A stretch of 64,000 bases of DNA, taken from assembly GCA_002269645.1 (NCBI GenBank), contig NIVC01000029.1, positions 1,054,001 through 1,118,000 on the forward strand, read 5' to 3'. Positions 57,504-64,000 of the stretch are shown in pieces. Position 1 is the stretch's first letter; the number at the start of each line of letters is the position of its first letter. Source of the stretch: Macrostomum lignano (taxonomy: Eukaryota). A program made the position numbers and the translations under genes. The notes below the pieces were generated by a model. The model ran no database searches. It had not been told where the DNA came from and saw only the letters and a program-made list of their open reading frames with translations.

Positions 57504-58508
57504 ATGAGCTCATCAGCTGACAATAACTCAGCTGAGGAGCGCGAGTTACGTCAACTCCGCGTAGCAGCATCAGACGCTGGCCTGGACTGTCGAGGCAATG
57601 CTGAAATCCTGCGTCGTAGAATTCGCAGCTACAAGCAGGCTCGAGTTGAGCAGGCCTATCGCTACCTGCTAGTTGTAGACTTTGAAGCCACCTGCGAGAG
57701 TCAAAATCCCGATAATTATCAGCACGAAATCATCGAATTTCCATTAGTATTACTAGATCTACACGAGGGCAAAGTTGTAGATAAATTTCACACCTATTGT
57801 CGGCCTAAACTGCATCCTAAACTGTCTGAGTTCTGTCGTCAGTTTACTGGCATTGAGCAGGATGTTGTGGACTCGGCGCCGAGTTTCCCAGCCGCACTGG
57901 CCGCCGTTCAAGCTTGGCTGCAGCATTCTGACGCATTGACTGAGCCGCTGGCTCTGGCTGCCGACTGTCAAGCAGATGTGGCAACATTTCTGCGCCTTCA
58001 GTGCTCTCTCGACGGCATTCCAGTGCCAGCTTGGGCGCACTATTGGGTGAATCTGAGGATCACATTCCAGCGTCACTATGCACTAGAAAGGAAGCTTAAT
58101 TTATCTGGCATGCTGGCTGCTCTTGGCCTGGAATTCGAGGGCAGGCCGCACTGCGGTCTGGACGATGCAGTTAATGTGGCTAAAATAGCTTTGCAGTTAG
58201 CGGCCGACGGCTGCAGATTGTTAGTTAATCAGCGACTCGATCAGAATAAATCGCCATACTATTGGCGCCCCGTTTACAAAGCCGAAGCCGAGGCCAAGCT
58301 GCGTTCGGACGCGGCTGCCGGTGGAACGACGACAAGTCGACAGCGTGGCAGACGAGGAAGACGACAGGCATCCCCGGAGGCGGCCGCTGCAGAAGCCAGA
58401 CTTGATGATATTTGTGACGACGAGACTGAAGAGAGTTTAAGCGATCTACTCTACCTGGTGAACCTGCGTAATAATCGCGGCGGTGCTGGTGGCAGTTCTA
58501 CTAGATAA
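57504..58508 (+). CDS. ERI1: 3'-5' exoribonuclease ERI1 (SAP + DEDDh domain), intronless CDS, 334 aa
   Basis: SAP-like LRQLRVAASDAGLDCRGNAEILRRRI; VVDFEATC, HEIIEFP, FHTYCRP..HPKLSEFC..FTGI, LGLEFEGRPHCGLDDA. Upstream acceptor TTTTCAG at 57449; AATAAA at 58538. Confidence 0.93.
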   Translation: MSSSADNNSAEERELRQLRVAASDAGLDCRGNAEILRRRIRSYKQARVEQAYRYLLVVDFEATCESQNPDNYQHEIIEFPLVLLDLHEGKVVDKFHTYCRPKLHPKLSEFCRQFTGIEQDVVDSAPSFPAALAAVQAWLQHSDALTEPLALAADCQADVATFLRLQCSLDGIPVPAWAHYWVNLRITFQRHYALERKLNLSGMLAALGLEFEGRPHCGLDDAVNVAKIALQLAADGCRLLVNQRLDQNKSPYYWRPVYKAEAEAKLRSDAAAGGTTTSRQRGRRGRRQASPEAAAAEARLDDICDDETEESLSDLLYLVNLRNNRGGAGGSSTR

Positions 58509-60015
58509 ATTCGTTATTTTTTTGTTTGTTATAGTCAAATAAAAAGGCTGCATGACCCCAAGTTTTAAATTTGCGGAACTAACTACCGAGTAAGTCGCAA
58601 TAAGTTGCAAAAATATAGCCAATTATGTTTTAAAAATTATAGTTGAGTTCTGGAAGTTTTTTAACTTTCTCCCAGGAACCTCTTGTCTTTCCCTCTTTGT
58701 CCTACATTATGTTTATTTTGTGTAAATATACAATCCACATGCATGCGAAACAAAAACCAAATATCTGATTAAATGCGTCTGTTCGCTTACTTCGAAATGT
58801 CATCTGTTATTTGCATTTTCTAACCATCGTAAATATAAACTTCGATTTGAAAATTCGACAAATTGATGTTTTGATTTCAAACAGCATTGGTTCTATTTAT
58901 TAATAATAATCACGATAAATTTTTCGTTTACAAAATGATGTAAGTTCTGAGTTCTTAATTTTACAGTAATTTAGTCTATGGCAGGATCGTGCATCTATGC
59001 AGTAGAGCGCTCCGCGGTTCTGCGGTCAAACTGTTATCAAAAAAGCGTTTTCTCTAAGAGAATTTCTTTAAATATTTTCCACAGTGCTCTGAAACCGTAA
59101 TCAAATGAACCGTAAAATCCCTCATTTGATCTGTCGGATCTAGCTGTCTACACAAGGACCACTTTACAACTGCATACTACAGTGGTCACTGTATTACAGT
59201 CGAAAAAATATATAAAAGCGGTGTCATTACATAAATTGGGCTTATCCAAAGAGTATTGAGGCGACCTCATAGTCTTTTCATGTGGTCACATGAAAGAAAC
59301 CACATTTGATTTGGGCCTATTTGATGGCAGTACGACTACAGTAGCTCTTAGACTATCCATGCGGTTTTAACCCAGAGTTTTCACAACCAGTAGGGTCCAT
59401 TGAGAATTGCCCGCCGAGATATGCCCACAGTGCATTTTGCTCTCGAGTGATTAATTGTCCGCCAAGGTTTGTCCGCAATGCTTTTTTCCTGCAAGAGCAT
59501 TTAGCCACTCGGCAGATTTTGTCTCCATTGCCTGTCCCAATGCTTAGTAAATCTTAAATGAAGACATTTGCACTATCAAAACGTTCTGATAATAACTGCA
59601 TATCAAATGCATATTTTTTTTTGGGGGGGGGCAATTCAATGCAGACAGAATCTACATGTAGCTGCCATATATGCGCTGCAGGAAAAAGTCATTATGGCCG
59701 TGAAGGAAATTCGCTCGCGGGCATTTCACCCGCGGTCGCAGGCAAATTACAATGTCGACGGCCAATTCTTTTGCAATCTCGGCATTTGTCGTGCTCCCTC
59801 TCGTTAAATTTACGCTAACAGTAACTTAACTTGTAATTTTTGTTATAATGATTAGTAAATTTAACTTAATGAAATTGTTAGAAAACAAAATCATTTTTAC
59901 TTCAAAGTCCCAAATTATTTCCTGCTGCCCTCTCTCAAGTTGTACACAATACATCTTTTCTGGTTTTCTACCTGGTTGAGATACTGAGTTTTAAGCTTAA
60001 AATTCATTCCTGACA

Positions 60016-63000
60016 ATGCGATTCGTTGTTTATGCTGTGTCTGTTCTGTTTATCATCAGTTTGGGTAAGTACGAACGAATTTGAATTTGAACATTTAATA
60101 GTTAACTATCTAGTCTTTGAGACTTGGCTTAGCTAAGATCTTAGCTTAGCGTCAATCTCATTGTATGTTCTAATGTTTCGGTAAGCGTAAAAATTTTGCT
60201 CGGTTATTCCTAAATTAACAATCATATTTTAGTTTATAAAATTATTAAATTTGGTCTTTAAATTTGGATTTGAACATGCAATCAATAAATACCCTATCTC
60301 TTTTTTAGGCACAGGCGCCAGTTATGCTGCAGTTTATAAGTTAAAACAAGACGATACAACTTGCATCATCATCAACTCAACCCTCCGGGTGGCTGTAGCC
60401 TATGTCAACAACCATAATAAAACAGTAAGAATATTTAGAGCTAAGAGTTACTATGCTATGTAACTAACATTTCAATGATTTCATTATTATTAGTTTGTTT
60501 CTAATTATTTTCACTGTTATAAACAACACTAAAAAGCTAGGAAATTAACAAAAATTATGTCTTAAATTTTGAAAAATTGCAATTTTTAACCAAAAAGGTA
60601 TAAAATAAAATAATTATATATAATATAAATCATTTTATTTCTAAATTCCTAGTTTGATTTCTAAATTCCTAGCTCTCTAGACCATATTATATATGTTATA
60701 TCATATATAATATAGGCTTAATAGATCTCAAAGTTAGTAGGCCTAGCATTTAAAATGGTAGTGTTCTACTAATATTAGGGAGCCAACAATGTTAGGCACG
60801 ATACTAAAAAAATATTGATAAAAACTGATACTTTGATACCCTTTCTGAAAAAAAGTATTGCCAATACCTTTAAAAGTTTGATACCCAATTTTGAATATTG
60901 GCAATGCACTGATTCTGATACTCTATTCCAATACCCAATTTTAACTAAATTAAATGTTTAACAAATATAAATGCATATAATTTAAGCTTGTTAGACCTTC
61001 TAGATTTTTAGGGCAAACAAAGCAAGCTTAGCATTGTTTTATTTTTAATGATGAAGCCTTCAGTAAAACAAATAGAAGCAAATTTACAAATGAAAACCAA
61101 TAGTTGCCATTGTAATCAATCATTAATATTCCATTTACTTGCCTCTATAGTCATTCTTCTTTATTCTGAGTATTATTATTGTTTCAGTATAGTGTGGCCT
61201 GCTAGTCTGTGATTAGTGTACCTTCATACTTAATCTTAATCTTAAGTATTAATCATACTTATTCTGTGATTAGCCTCACCCAATATGTGCACAAAGTAGT
61301 AGATTTATTTATTTCTGTTCTGTATTTGACTCTTTGCATGTATGCATTGTTTTCTAAATTGCTTGTGTTATTAGTGTAGTACTTTTATATACTATATATT
61401 GTAGAAATTATAAAATCAATTGCAAATCAGTGGCTGACAGGGACAGTGTTGCAGAACTTGCAGTATGATAATTGACTAAATATTAGATTTTGATGATAAT
61501 TACTAATTACTAACTAATTGATAAGGTAATGGGTAGGCAAAGGTAGGAGACCTTCCCATTTTTACAACAGCTGTGGCATAAAAATTCTTTATTACTTAAT
61601 TATCTATCCCCTACTACTTGCGATTTCATTTCACAAAATCTTCAACAATAAAAAATTCAATAAGTCATGGGTGGAGTTTATTGCTTTATCCCTTACCCAT
61701 GAAAGCAAGGGTTCCAATGGTTTATTAAGTCTTTGTAATTGAATGGCTAATATTAATTATGGAAAATGTTTTCATTATAACCATAATCATATCTGTATGT
61801 TCTACCTAAAACCCCCATATATGTAACTCCTGTTGTTAAATATATATTATACCATAGAACTCTATAGAATAAAACTTTATATACTTATATCCTATTATAT
61901 TGCTTTGCTATTGGCTGGCTTACAATGAAAGTCTGCAATAAAAGAAAAACTTTGTTAATAAAAAATGTGATCTAGTTTAGTTAGCTAACTACAATTCAGT
62001 TATGACTATCATTTTTTATAGTTAACCAGGCTGGTAGATATGTAAACCATTTGCAAACCTAAGCATAGATCAGGGGCTGGCAAACTCTGACCTGCGGGCC
62101 ACATCTGGCCTGCAAAGCCTCTTTATCTGGTCCTTAAATCATTTGAGACTTCAAAATAGCAATCCAGCCTGTTCAAGGTTTGTGCTTCTCAGTTCTCCTC
62201 TCCTCTCTCTTCTTTCGTCTCCACTTATCTTCTCTAATCTCCTGTCCTTTCCCCCCGGCCCTCCTCTCTTCTTCTCCTCTCCTCTCTCTTTCTCTCTCCT
62301 CTCCTCTTCTCTTCTCTCTTCCTCTTTCCTCTCATCTCTCTTCTCTTCTCCTCTCTTCTCTTCTCCCCTCTTCTCTTCTATTTCGTCTCTGTTCTCTCGC
62401 CTCTTTTTTCTCCTCTCTCCCTTCTCTGGCCCACAGTCATGTGCCAGGTTCTGTGTCTGGCCCTTGAGTAAAAAAGTTTGCCGACCCCTGGCATAGATGC
62501 ATGCAAGAATAGAGGTACTTACACTTAGTATGCAATAACCCTCGAGGCATTTTTGCTGTATTTTAAAACAAAATAAGAGTGTTGTTGATCCATTTGACCT
62601 GATCTGAATTTACTGTTATTAATTTAAAACACATTTCAGGTTGTAACATCCTGGACATTAGGCAAACCGGGTCAAAATGCAACTAGCGGATTCTGTGCTT
62701 CAAAATCGCCTAATAAAAACTGGTCTGAGATGTACATAAATGTCACCGATGTCCTTGTTGGCTTTAGATTTTTTAGTCAGCAAGACGGACAGGTGTCATT
62801 GGAGAATATCAGTTTGACAGTTAACATTGTCAATGGCAGTCATTTTATTAACCCAATGACCCCTGGTCCAGTGCGTTTTATTGCCAAGACAGGTTTGCCA
62901 CTGTCGAGCAATACAGAATGCTTTGTCTGCAAGTCTGAGCTGGACTTGCCAGTTAAGCCTGAAAATGAAACTTTGAGCGACATTGCAGAGCTGAAATTAA

Positions 63001-63213
63001 CATCTGGAACTCTGATTCAGGTAAGATTTCTTGAATATGTGGTATTTATATTTTATTTTTTGTTTCTGTTCGTACTTCTAAAATAAGGAACTCTTTAAAA
63101 TTCCAATTCAAGGCATTTAATGTCACCAATGGCACATTTAGCAGCAAAGTGGCCAGATGCCCTGAAGACTCCAATGGTACTATTCCTACTTCTGTGGCAC
63201 CGTTCACTACCAG
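60016..63213 (+). CDS. LAMP-family lysosomal membrane glycoprotein, 5' part (signal peptide, first LAMP domain, start of S/T/P hinge)
   Basis: Exons 60016-60064, 60309-60424, 62640-63020, 63113-63213 join in phase. Signal MRFVVYAVSVLFIISL; LAMP pattern Y..K...TTCIIIN..L.V.Y ... C ... FVC..E ... IQAFNVTNGTFS....C.ED; many N-x-S/T sites. The remainder lies beyond the identified exons. Confidence 0.75.
62071..62490. mobile_element. hAT-type MITE with 8-bp TSD and an internal CT-rich tract
   Basis: TIRs CAGGGGCTGGCAAAC / GTTTGCCGACCCCTG; GCATAGAT at 62063-62070 and 62491-62498. Confidence 0.9.
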
Positions 63214-63240
63214 GTTTGTTTTGTTGCTTAACAATGCTTT

Positions 63241-63485
63241 GTAGTCACTGATTAGCTACCTCAGGGGGTATTTAACTGCTGACTAACATTGTGTAGTAGT
63301 CACTGATTAGCTACCTCAGGGGGTATTTAACTGCTGAATAACATTGTGTAGTAGTCACTGATTAGCTACCTCAGGGGGTATTTAACTGCTGAATAACATT
63401 GTGTAGTAGTCACTGATTAGCTACCTCAGGGGGTATTTAACTGCTGACTAACATTGTGTAGTAGTCACTGATTAGCTACCTTAGC
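63241..63485. repeat. 55-bp tandem repeat, about 4.5 copies, in a LAMP intron
   Basis: GTAGTCACTGATTAGCTACC starts at 63241, 63296, 63351, 63406, 63461. Confidence 0.95.
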
Positions 63486-64000
63486 TACCTATTTTACTGC
63501 TAAGCAAACATTTTACTCTGATAAGTTAATTCAAAGGGTGTTTAAATTTCATTTTATTCATTAATATCTGTCTGTATTTTAAAAAATCTTAAGCACAAAT
63601 CGCCAAATATGTACAAATGTTTATACAAATGTTTATACAGAAATGTCAATATGTTGGGCCTAATACTTTTGCAAAATGTTAAAGTTAAAACAAACGGACT
63701 AAAAAGTGAAAATTCTAGCAGTTTTGATGCGTCATTCTTGAACGCAGAGTTTAGATTTGCAACTGAAAATCTGTTGAAAGTGTTGAAATGAAAGCAAAGC
63801 TTAACGATGTACAGTAACTGTAGAAGATAGTTATCGAATTCACTTGGTGCTTCCAAGTGCTGCGTATGCCAAAGCGCCCGAGCTTACTTGTAGGATATGA
63901 GTTTTAAGGATGTGAAAATTTAATTTGCAGCGAAAAATTTATTCACTTTTATTTTGTTTGTTTAGAATGACCATTAACTGATGGTGTTAGTTATTAAATA

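Overview
Repeat-rich invertebrate animal DNA. The style (GC-rich exons, introns packed with GACA/GATA and 18-34 bp minisatellites, tRNA-headed SINEs) resembles the flatworm Macrostomum, but the species is my inference. Genes were assembled by hand from splice sites and reading-frame phase. In order they are: two tandem paralogous type-I membrane receptors (F-type-lectin-like domain + Ig + second Ig/Fn-like domain + TM + ITIM/ITSM tail; 1-2370 and 4448-7833, +), RPAP1 (12 exons, -), intronless HOP2/PSMC3IP (-), an iRhom pseudoprotease (-, start not found), intronless ERI1 (+) and the 5' part of a LAMP-family gene (+). The rest is two SINE families, several MITE/foldback elements with TIRs and TSDs, a degenerate Ty3/gypsy element, an unexplained stop-interrupted ORF and many tandem repeats. 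The most interesting item is the lectin-Ig receptor pair with a Siglec/PD-1-like ITIM+ITSM cytoplasmic tail.
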